Shown one piece after another: positions 36,518 to 47,274 of a stretch of DNA of 64,000 nt (position 1 is its first letter; every line of letters begins with the position of its first letter). A program made the translations under genes and the position numbers. The stretch comes from Okamejei kenojei. Its lineage: Eukaryota. The stretch is from contig CM069154.1 in NCBI GenBank assembly GCA_035221665.1, positions 14,074,001 through 14,138,000 of the forward strand, given 5' to 3'. The notes under the pieces were generated by a model, which searched no databases, was not told the origin of the DNA, and saw only the letters and a program-made list of their open reading frames with translations.

Positions 36518-37587
36518 CTGAAAGACAGAGAGTGAACGGTTAACAGCAGGACCATTGTGGGAAAACCCACTGCCCTTTCACCCCATAGAACTCTCTGCTG
36601 AGAACCCATGTGATTCTGCACTCTGTATCTTCCCCTTTGCTCTACCCATTGCCGTTGAGTTTGGCTGGATTGTATTTATGTACGGTGATATCAGATTTGA
36701 TTGAATAGCATGCAAGAGAAAGCTTTTCCCCGTACCTCGCTACACGTGACAATATTGTGTGGATGTTTTCAATGGCCGTGTAATGGGAGCAAGACGTGAC
36801 CTTTACTGATGTTGGATTGTTGCAACACCAACTCCAGTTTGCAATCATCCGTTAAAATGTTTTAAGACTATAGGCAAATTCTCCCTTGCATTTTGAAAGC
36901 ACTTCTCAAGATAGTGGTAATAATATGTTTATTGGCTCACTGCCTGTTCTCAGGAACGCAAACCTTGCATCACCCATGGACTGCCTGTATTCGTGCAGAA
37001 AGCTCAATCACGGGGTAAGATTTTTTGATGGAGGGTCACGTCAGCCGAATGCAGTGGGGCCAGTGAGTGAGTGATGATGCCAGGGGCGGTGCAATAACAC
37101 AAGGTCTTCCTGAGAGTTTAGTTTCTAGTTTAGAGATGCAGTGCGGAAACCGGCCCTTTGGCCCACCGAGTCCGTGCCTACCAGTGGTCCCCGCACGCTA
37201 ACACTATCTTATACACACTAGGGACAATCTACAACTTTACCGAGCTAATTAACCTACAAAGCTGTACGTCTTTGGAGTGTGGGAGAAAACTGCAGCTTCC
37301 GGAGAAAACCCACGCAGGTCACGAGGAGAATGTACAAACTCCGTACGGACAGCACCCATGGTCAGGATCGAACTCAGACCTCTGGCACTGTAAGGCAGCA
37401 ACATGCCGCCCCACGAGAGCATGACATGCTAACCCCTCTATCTAGCCTGGCTCCAATGCAACACGGCAGGGATGAGGATATCCTTAAAGCATTGCTGGAT
37501 GTGCAATGGATTCTGCAACACAGATCTCATCCCCATCTCAAGCACAAAGTGCGGATAATTGTGGATAATAGTTCAGAAAGATTGTAC

Positions 37588-37771
37588 CTGCTTCTCCTGG
37601 TCTACACCTTGGGAGTCGGATTTTCACCTGGTTGCTTGGCGGGCCTTCTCCTTGAGTGTTGACCACAGTGACGGTGATGTTGTAGTCCTGGTCAGCCCTC
37701 AGGTTCCTCAGAGTAACGTATCTCACCTGGGTTGCTTTGACCTGCATTCCTGCATCAGTCACGATACGCAC
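37588..37771 (-). CDS. Unnamed CUB-FN3-UPK3-like gene exon 8 (FN3-2 C-terminal half)
   Basis: Phase 0/1. Encodes VTLRNLRADQDYNITVTVVNTQGEGPPS. Confidence 0.9.
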
Positions 37772-38149
37772 CTATAGAGATAAGCTGATCTGTTTAAGGA
37801 CTGACCAGAGAGACTTCTCCCTTTTCTCCGTAAGATGCAGCCAAAGTGTCCCACCAAGACCCTTTGAATTTCGCCTGGAAGAGTGGAGACCGAGAGCTAT
37901 CTTAGTTCATTTTGGGGTATGGATGCAGCTGACAAGCCAGGACAATGGACTTTGAAAATGCTTGCACTTTGAAAATGACGACCAGACCTGGTGACTTATA
38001 TACGGTCTCAGTGGGCTATTTCTATACATTTTGTACTTAATCTGGAATTGTGTTTATGTGTAATAATAATTTACTAAACTGTATGCAAAAAAAAGAATTC
38101 CACTGTACCTCGATAATAGAGAACCATTGACCAGTGTCCATTGACCACT

Positions 38150-38560
38150 AACCACCCCCGGTAGCGCGTTCCATGCACTCACCACCCTCCCTGTAAAACA
38201 AACTTGCCCCACACATCTCCTCTACACGTTGCCTCTCTCACCTTAAAGCTATGTCCTCTGGTATTTGATTTTTCAATCCTGCAAAAAAGGTTCTGACTGT
38301 CTACCCTCTCTATTCCTCACATAATGTTATATTCTTCTATCAGGTCTCACTGCAATCAGCAGCGTTTCAGAGAAAGCAATCAAAGTCTGATCAACCTCTC
38401 CCTGTAGCTGATACCACCTAATCCAGGAATCATTCTGGTAAAGCCACTCTGCATCACATCCATCGCCTCCACATCCTCCTTGCGATGGAGCGACCAGAAC
38501 AGCAAGCAATACTCCAAATCCAGCCCAACCAAAGTCCAATCAAGCTGCATCATGACTTCC
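38150..38560 (-). mobile_element. CR1 3' fragment
   Basis: Similar to other CR1 3' ends (CACTCACCACCCTC, GTCTACCCT, TCAACCTCTCCCTGTAGCT). Confidence 0.55.
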
Positions 38561-38873
38561 TGTACTGTTCTATGTTTAGCTTAGTTTATTATTATCACAA
38601 GTACTGAGACACAGTGACACTAACACTACCCTACACACACTAGGACCAAGTTTACAATTCTACCAAGCCAATTAACCTACAAACCTGTACGTCTTTGGAG
38701 TGTGGGAAGAAACCAGAGCTCCCAGAGAAAACCCGGGAGAACGTCACGGGAGAACGTACAAACTCCGCACAAACAACACCCGTAGTCAGGATTGAACCCG
38801 GGTCTCTGGCAGCAACTCCACCCCTGTGCCGCCCACTTCAAGGTTAGAGATATGATACGTGAGCCAGGCTTAC

Positions 38874-38995
38874 CCGATATCCAATATCACTGCTGCCGGC
38901 TGCCTTTGGGGAGTTCCAGCTCACAAAGACAGTGTCGCACTCTACTTCTATCGTGCTCAGCTCCACCCTAGGGTGCAGAGTCTCACCCAGAGAAT
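38874..38995 (-). CDS. Unnamed CUB-FN3-UPK3-like gene exon 7 (FN3-2 N-terminal half)
   Basis: Phase 1/0 with GTAAGC donor. Encodes EVECDTVFVSWNSP....DIGYR. Confidence 0.88.
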
Positions 38996-40712
38996 CTGCA
39001 TGGGGACACAGAGGGGAGACATGTCGAGCACTCCTGTGTGGTTTAACACAGGTTAGGGAAAGGCCAAAACCGCCGCTACACACTTCCCTCAACAAATACC
39101 AGACCAATGTGATATTCGATGATGAGGAGAAAGCAACGTGCTGGAGTAACTCAGCGGGTCAAGTAGCATCTCTGAAGGACATGGATGGGTGACATTTCAG
39201 GTCGGGCCCCTTCTCAGATAGATGCCGCTTGACCCACTGAGTTACTTTGTCTTCTACGCAAAAATCCAACGCCTGCCGTTCCTTGCGTCTACATTTTATT
39301 ACGAGGCACTGATCACAGCTTTTAGTGATCACTTGTCTTGGAGTCTTCCAACAACAATGTAATGGGGGTTCACTAAAGACTACAGTTTAGTTCAGCTTAG
39401 TATAGATTAGAGATACAGCGTGGAAACAGGCCCTTCGGCCCACTCAGTTCATGCCGACCACCCCATACACTAACTACCCGACACACCAGGGCCAATTTAC
39501 AATTTTTACCGAATCAACCTACAAACTTGTATGTCTTTGGTATGTGGGAGGAAACCAGAGATCCCGGAGAAAACCCACATGGTCATACAAACTCCATACA
39601 AATAGCACCCATAGCCAGGATCAAACCCGGGTCTCTGGAGCCTATAAGACAGCAGCTTTACTGCTGATCATGCTGGCTCAAGTGGACTAGCCACGTCAAG
39701 ACTGTGGTGCAAGGGCTGGTCAGGGGCGGGGTATCCTGTGGTGAGTGACTCAACACCCAACACCTCAAAGTCTTTCCACCATTTACAAGACACAAATCAG
39801 GCACATGATGGAATATTTTCTACCTGCCTGGTTGACTGTATCTCCAATTCGCTCAAGAAGTTCAGTACCATCCAGGGTTAGAGGGACATGGGCCAAACAC
39901 GGGCAGGTGGGGCTAGCGTAAATGGGGCATTTTGGGCCGAAGGCCCTGCTTCCCTGCTGGTTGACTCCATGACAATACAACCCATCTAATTAGCACCCCA
40001 TCCACCACCTGAAAGACTCAATCCCTCCATCAACGACACACTGATTGGTGTGCAGCATCTACAAAATGGACCTCTGCATCTTCCCCAGGTTATGATGACA
40101 ATGTCTCACCAAGTTTCGGCCTCTGCCAGCAAGCTCAAGGGCAGCCAGTGCATGGACACACCACCACCTGCAGGTTCCCCCTCCAGGTCCCACATCCTCC
40201 ACAACTGGAAATATATTGTCGTTCCTTCAACACTGGTGGGTTCAGATCTGGTGGGTCCACATCCCACCCTCTGTGGGAACTCGTTCTCCAGAAGGTCTAC
40301 AGCAAATTAAGGAGGAGTCTCACCACCACCTTCTGAAGAGCAATTAGGGATGGCAGTGAATTCCTAGCCTCGATCCCAAGAGATGAAATGAAAAATATCC
40401 ATAACTTGGAGGAGCAGGGATAGGTGATAATTTCTTCATACCGACAGGAGTAAAGGCCTGGATTTGGAGTAAATGTTAGAGTTATAGAGTCACACAGCAT
40501 GGAAACCGGCCCTTCGGCCCAGCTTGCTCATGCTGACCAAGGTGCCCCATCTACACGTCCCACCTACCCATGCTTGGCCCATATCCCTATAAACCTTTCC
40601 TATCCATGTACCTGTCCAAAAGTATTTTAATTGCCTTTGTGGAAGCATATTCTCACAGAGTCCCGTCACCCTCCTCCAGCCTGCCCCAGTTGGGTTACCC
40701 CTCAGTACTTAC

Positions 40713-40811
40713 AGCTTGTGGTGGTGAAGTTGACCAAGCAACCAATGTCCTCTTGCCCACAGCTCATCAGAGCAACAACATAAGCAAAGTACGAGGTGGA
40801 AGCCATCAGCC
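40713..40811 (-). CDS. Unnamed CUB-FN3-UPK3-like gene exon 6 (FN3-1 C-terminal half)
   Basis: Phase 1/1 with GTAAGT donor. Encodes GLMASTSYFAYVVALMSCGQEDIGCLVNFTTTS. Absent from the ORF track. Confidence 0.85.
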
Positions 40812-41625
40812 CTGTCAACAGGTGACGGAGATGTTATACTCGCAATGTAATCGTGCTTGAAAATAAACATTCAACATGCAACGGGCAGCCCAGCTGCCAC
40901 TGGTAACGGCAGCACTGCCGTCTGTCTCTCCGAGACCTCAGGTACTCCCACTAACTTATGGACTGATCGATGGTCCTCCGTTACTCCCACTAACTCACCC
41001 ATTGTGAATGAATTAACTCGGTTACTGATGCTGACTGCACTGACTCACCGACCGTGGTTGAATTGACTCGGTTATTCACATTAGCTCACTGATTGTGATG
41101 GATGGACGGACCTTGGTTGCTCTCACTGATTCACTGGACTGGCTATCGGCTCACTTCACCACAGCCCCTCACAAACTCCTCCCCCAAGGCATAACCAGCA
41201 GTGTTCAGTGGCCTGGGTCCCATAGGGGCTGGTATTGAACGATGGGGGGACCCGGGCCATTGAGAACGAAGGGGGACCCGGGGGTACACGTCGATAATGG
41301 GGGTGGGTGCTGCTTGTGCCCATGTGCAGCGGCAGGCCTGGTTCGATGCTGCGAGCAGAAGATAAAACTGTTCAATGAGGTTTTTTGTAACTTTGTTGGA
41401 GCCAGAATCGTGGCGACTCTTTGTGTATTGCTGAGGTGAGGTCTGCTGCATGATTCCACCAGGTTGAAAGCATTTCACTTTCTGGGTGCTGGGTCTATAT
41501 CATACTCTCTGGGTGTGCATTACTGGATATATCAGTGAGCTGCAAGAATATACAAAATAAACATGTGATGTTAAAGTATTGTGTCAGGTACATGTGACGT
41601 TAAAGTATTGAATCATTGAACCTAC

Positions 41626-41814
41626 CGGTCAAGTTGTATTCAGCTTTGCCGGTGACCAGTCGAGCTCCTGCCAGTGTTGTCTGCTCACCGTACGGCCCAT
41701 GATACACCTTGTAGGTGACGTTGCGCTGGGCTTTGGTCACTAACGGGTCCCACCTCAACAACACCGTGGTGGGAGTCAGCTTCACAACCTGCACTCGACG
41801 AGGTTCCTTGGGAA
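41626..41814 (-). CDS. Unnamed CUB-FN3-UPK3-like gene exon 5 (FN3-1 N-terminal half)
   Basis: Strong polypyrimidine acceptor, phase 1/1. Encodes PKEPRRVQVVKLTPTTVLLRWDP..VTYKVY. Confidence 0.9.
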
Positions 41815-42484
41815 CTGGTTGGAAATGGGAGAAAAAAAATGCCACAGAAACAGTCTTGGGTCTAAAACATTACATCCAGGACAATTAGAGTTTAACGTTG
41901 AAAAGTCCACCCTCAACAAATCAGAGCCGGCCCCGATTACCTAGGAAAGGTGGAGCCCACAATGGTCCATTGTTGGTTGTGGAAGAGCTGATCGGTGCCC
42001 GCTCTGATTTGTTCTGTACCTTTTCATACCTCTAGTTTCCCTCTCCCTTGACTCTCAGTCTGAAGAACCGAAACGTCAGCTTTTCCTATTTTCCGGAAAC
42101 GCTGCCTAACCCGCTGAGTCACTCCAGCATTTTGTGTCTATCTTCTGTGTAAAGCTGCATCTGCAGTTCCTTCCTACACATTATGTATACTCTCTGGGTG
42201 TTGTGTCTATCTGAATCTCTCAGTGTGTTGGGTCTATAACATACTCTCTGGGTGTGCATTACTAGATATACTGTGTGTTGGGTCTATATCATACTCTCTG
42301 GGTGTATACCAGTGAGCTACAGGAATATATAAAATAAATATACTCTTGGGGATCTATAACCTGCAAAATGGTTCCATAATCCAAGCATTATTCCCGATGG
42401 CATTGCCCTATCCGTTTGCTGACCTCTTGAGCAGCTCCTTTGAGGAAGTCCTATCACTGAGATCGGCCGGATGCACACACTTAC

Positions 42485-42712
42485 CCACAGTGTATCTGAA
42501 GCGGAATCCTTTCAATTGGATAGTGTTGTCCGAGTGGAAATGTACATAGACCTGGAAGCCAAAGGAGAAGGGAACTCGGACTGTCTTCCCACGCCTCAGG
42601 ATGCCAGTGAGGGACTCTTGTACCGTGCTGCTGTCCAAGTGGTTCCTGATCCCGATGTTGACCCAGTCATGGTCCTTCTCCAGGTGGAAATCCTCCACTC
42701 GGATCACTACGG
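42485..42712 (-). CDS. Unnamed CUB-FN3-UPK3-like gene exon 4 (CUB C-terminal part)
   Basis: Encodes EDFHLE..DWV and VYVHFHSDNTIQLKGFRFRY, with GTAAGT donor. Acceptor is 42712 or 42706 (same phase). Confidence 0.88.
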
Positions 42713-44379
42713 CTTGGGATCACAGGCATAAGTTCAGTCAACCAGTGACGCATTGTACAGACCCCACTCTGCTGGAGAGAAGCGTCAGCTTTCTCCCCAC
42801 TCAGGCAGCCGCTGGAGGTCCTGGTCATTGATAGAGATGGCTATTGAGGGTGGCACAGTGGTGCAACAGGTACAGCCACTGCCTCACAGCTCCAGAGAGC
42901 TGGGTTCAATCTGTATGGAGTATGTACGTTCTCCCTGTGGTTTTCCACCAGGAGACCTGGAGACTGAGACCGGCACCACAGCTGGGTTGAGGAACATCAA
43001 CCCCAAGGAGATGCGGACTACGTGGACTTAGATAGGCATATGGATACACAGGGAATGGAGGGATATGGATCACGTGCAGACAGATGAGATTAATTTATCT
43101 TGGCATCATGTTTAGCACATACATTGTGGGGCCAGAGGGCCTGTTCATGTGCTGTACTTTTCCAAAGAACCGCAGATACTGGTTTCTGCTGATGATGCTG
43201 ACCTTTTCCATGTTCTCAGTATCCGACTTTCCATAATGGGAATCCATTCTCACAAGCGGAGTTGCATTCCCACAGGAGGAATTTCTCCCAATCGCAATGC
43301 CTCCACTGATGCACGATCCATTGGCAAGGGAATTCTGATTGTAATGTGGGCAGAAGAGAAGGGGATGCTGTTTTAATTGAATGAGAAGTGAATGTTACAT
43401 CATCATTTAATTAAATATCTTTGGAGAAGTTTGAATCCAAAGAATGCCTTGTTAGTTCCTAAAGCAAGCCCCTTCAATGAATGACCTGTTGTGAAGCAGC
43501 AGCCAGCGGTCATTGTTCTTGATAAATACAGCGCGGAACCAGCTTCCCTCCTGGGACAAACAAAGTTCTATCGCATCGTATCATTTTCGTAAATTAGTTC
43601 AGTCCTCTGTGTGCACTTTGCGTTTATTTCTTTACTTGTTTTCACATAAATTTTACAACAGTAAATTTTTATTCCACATCTTAAACCTTTTGGTGGTGAT
43701 TTATGAATTCTGTAAGGGTAATTTTTTTGTCACCTGAACAGAGGGAAAAGACCTTTAGACTAGAGAACCAGGCCCTTCAGCCCTCCGAGTCTGCGCTAAT
43801 CAGCGATCAACCCCGTAATACTAGAACTAGACTTCAGAGATATGGTGCAGAAACAGACCTTTGAGCTCACCGAGCCCGTGCCTGTCAGCGATCACGCCGC
43901 ACGCACTAGCGCTATTCTACACATTAGTCAATTAACCCACAAACCTGCACGTCCTTGGATTGTGGGAGGAAACTGGAGCACCCAGAGAAAACCAACGCGG
44001 TGACAGGGAGGACGTATCAACTACATCCAGGCAGCACCTGCAGTCAGGATCGGTGGAAACTAGAAGACGTGGAGGAAACCCACGTGATCACAGGAGAACA
44101 TATGAACACCACACAGACAACACCCAAGCTCAGGATTGTACCTGGGTCACAGGCGCTGTGAAGCATCAGCTCCACCTGCTGCACCGCTGTGCCACCCCAT
44201 ACTCCAACTAAGACAAAACTATGGATTTACAAAGTTTTAATATAACTTCATTGCTTGTGTATCTCATATTGATATGAGCAACGTGAACAACAGACATTGG
44301 CATTGATGTTGCTCTGAGATTGAGGCAGACGCTAAAGAAGAAGTGGTTTGGCTGGTGCAGTTTCCTGTTGCGTACTCAC

Positions 44380-44514
44380 CATCCACGCTGGTGTTCTTGG
44401 TCAGCTTGAGGAACCAGTAGGCGTCCTGTTTGGCTGGGTAGGGCTTTGGGTAGTTGGGGCTCTGGATGAATGCTGAGTGCAAGGAGCACTGGCTGTCAGG
44501 CAGGCACAAGGGGG
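44380..44514 (-). CDS. Unnamed CUB-FN3-UPK3-like gene exon 3 (CUB N-terminal part)
   Basis: Phase 1/1 with GTGAGT donor. Encodes IQSPNYPKPYPAKQDAYW. Confidence 0.9.
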
Positions 44515-44763
44515 CTAAGAGAGCAAACATAGCCAGTTAACAGAATAAGCAACAGTACCTGCCATTAATTTAGCAGCTTGATTTTAGTTTAGTTTAGAGA
44601 TACGGCGTGGAAACAGGCCCTTCGTCCCATCGAGTCTGTGCCAACCAGCGATCCCCGTGCTGTGTTGTACCTCTCTCCGAGTCTGTGACTCGATGACTCT
44701 GCATTGAAGGAGCAAGTGAGACCACTGTCCTCCGATTTAAAAGGTTGAGTTGTGTGTTCCTAC

Positions 44764-44838
44764 CTGTGCAGTTCTGGACATCTTGATCAACCTGGTCGCT
44801 ACCAAAGCCCCCATTGCCACACTCACTGCGAGTCACGC
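44764..44838 (-). CDS. Unnamed CUB-FN3-UPK3-like gene exon 2
   Basis: TGTTTCACAG acceptor, GTAGG donor, phase 1/1. Encodes GVTRSECGNGGFGSDQVDQDVQNCT. Confidence 0.65.
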
Positions 44839-45504
44839 CTGTGAAACACATCAGAGGGTTAGAGATGGCACCCGAACGCTGCACATTTCACACCCAGACA
44901 GAGAACACTTGTTTGGTTTTCCTCACAGGCTTTTGAGGTCAAATGTTTACAGCTCTGAAGCAGGCAGGAAAATTAGAGTCTGGCGATAAGAAGATAGAGG
45001 CAGCGGTAAACGAATGAGAAGAGGGTAGTGCAGAGATGCGAATGGTAAAAGGGTCGCAGTGGAACTGGGACAATGTCAGTGTTTAGAAGTGCATGGATAC
45101 TGGGATATGGGTATTGAATGGGATAGAGGTGATAGTAAATGAGACATGGGGGGTAGTGAATGAGGTACAGGAGATAGTGAATGGGGCAGGGGGTAGTGAA
45201 TGAGGTACAGGAGATAGTGAATGGGGCAGGGGGTAGTGAATGGGACAAAACAACATCAGTCCTTTCTTTCCACAGATGCGGCATGGCCCGCTGAGATCCT
45301 CCAGCGCTTTGTGTTTTGTTCAAGATACCAGCATCTGCTGTTTCTTGTGTCTCCAATCTCTTACCTCTTGTTTCACCCTTCTATATGGTACTTTATCAGA
45401 TGCCTTCTGGAAAGTGTAGTATAGCCACAGCTCATGTTACTTCTTCAAACAAGTCATACAGAGACTGCACGCGGACAGGCCATTTGGCACACCGAGACTA
45501 GGGG

Positions 45505-45755
45505 CAGTGAATGGAACACAAGGGCAGTGAATGGGTCCCAGGATGGAGCAGTGAATGGTCCCAGGATGGAATAGTGAATGGGTCCCAGAATGGAGTAGTG
45601 AATGGGTCCCAGGATGGAGCAGTGAATGGGTCCCAGGATGGAGCAGTGAAGGGGTCCCAGGATGGAGCAGTGAAGGGGTCCCAGGATGGAGCAGTGAATG
45701 GGTCCCAGGATGGAGCAGTGAATGGATTCCAAGAGGTAGTAGTGAATGGGTCCCA
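45505..45755. repeat. 24-bp minisatellite (GGAGCAGTGAATGGGTCCCAGGAT), about 10 copies
   Basis: Direct inspection. Confidence 0.92.
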
Positions 45756-46291
45756 GTGTTTAAGTGTTAGGTTTTAGTTTAGTTTAGAAAAACAGCGCGG
45801 AAACAGGCCCTTCGGCCCACCGAGTCCACATCGACCAGTGATCACCCTGTACTATCCCACACACTAGGGACAATTTACTTAAGCCAATTAACCTACAAAC
45901 GTGAAGTTAGACACAAAATGTTAGAGAAACTCAGCATCTCTGCCTGTCCCACTGAGTTACTGTAGCATTTAGTATCTACCTTTGATTTAAACCAGCATCC
46001 GCAGTTCTTTGTTACACATTTAACCTACAAACCTGGAGGTCTTTGGAATGCGGGAGGAAATCAGAGCACCCGAGAAAACCCACGCAGTGTGTGCTGCCTG
46101 AGTCAATGCACCTGTGATGCTGCTGTCGGCAGGATTCTCATTGTACCTGTACCTCACCTGTTCTTGTGCAGATGGCAGTAAACCCAATTTGACCTGAGTT
46201 TAAGACGGCTTAGGTTTTCGAGACAGAGAGCTGGAGGAGGGATGGAGAAAGGGATGGAAGTTAAAGAAGAAGCTGGTGACTGTTTCCTTAC

Positions 46292-46364
46292 CTAGAGTGA
46301 ATGTTGCCAGCCACAGACACACATTGAGATGGCACACAGCGCTGAGTTTCGAGATGGTCTCCAT
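46292..46364 (-). CDS. Unnamed CUB-FN3-UPK3-like gene exon 1 (signal peptide)
   Basis: AGAATGG start context. Encodes METISKLSAVCHLNVCLWLATFTL, with G|GTAAGG donor in phase 1. A TATA-like CATAAATA lies about 45 bp upstream. Confidence 0.8.
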
Positions 46365-47274
46365 TCTCCCTCAGCTTTCAGGCAGCTTTGCCTCTGCAGC
46401 CGGTAGTATTTATGTCCTGTGTCAGTCGCCCAGTTTGTCGACGAGGATCTTTCTGAAATACTTCAGCAAAATGTTAAATAAACAGTTTATTCTGGCCAAA
46501 TGTCAGCCTTTTGCTGATACTGCATACAGTCACTAGTTTTGATAACACTGCCCTTTGCAAAACACGGGGGGGAGGGGGAGATTCAATAGTGTGTTATTTT
46601 TTAATAAGCTCTGAAAATTCATTTTCTGAAGAGTTTCAGGCATCCGTGGCTTGGGCTCTTCAGTTTTGATGGTATTTTTAATTTTCGACCCAAGTTCTCA
46701 GCATCTGCTGTGTTATGCATTTGATCCAATATGTTCAAATTCACCACCAGAAAACACCAACCCTGTTCATTGCTGTGAACCTCCACACCCCTCTCCTCTC
46801 ATCTGGGCAGGGTAGCGTAACACAGCTGACTCTGCCCCCCTTTGGTGCGTTTAGTTTAGTTTAGAGATACAGCACGGAAACAGGCCATTCGACCACCGAG
46901 TCATCGCTGACCAGTGATCACCCCGTATACTGGCACTATCCTACACACGAGAGACAATTTACAATTTTTACCGAAGCCAAACTAACCTACAAACCTGTAC
47001 ATCTTTGGCGTGTGGGAGGAAACCAGAGCACTCGGGGAAAACCCACACAGGTCACAGGGAGAGGTACAAACTCCGATGTGTGTGATTTGAATGTGAGTGC
47101 TGTGTTGTGTGGGAGTGGTGAGAAAATATGTTAAAAATATGGCATGCCACATTATATCAGTGTATGGCCAGTGTGGATCACTTTTATCCCCCAAAATAAA
47201 CTTTATTCACAATAATTATGTACCAGATAAGAACAGTGCAAAAACTCTTCTTGACATTCTCAGCAGCTGTACAT

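Noticed and set aside
45454-45777. Regular repeats and repetitive ORFs resembling a CRISPR array or repeat protein
   Set aside because: Head-to-tail 24-bp units with no unique spacers, in a eukaryotic context.
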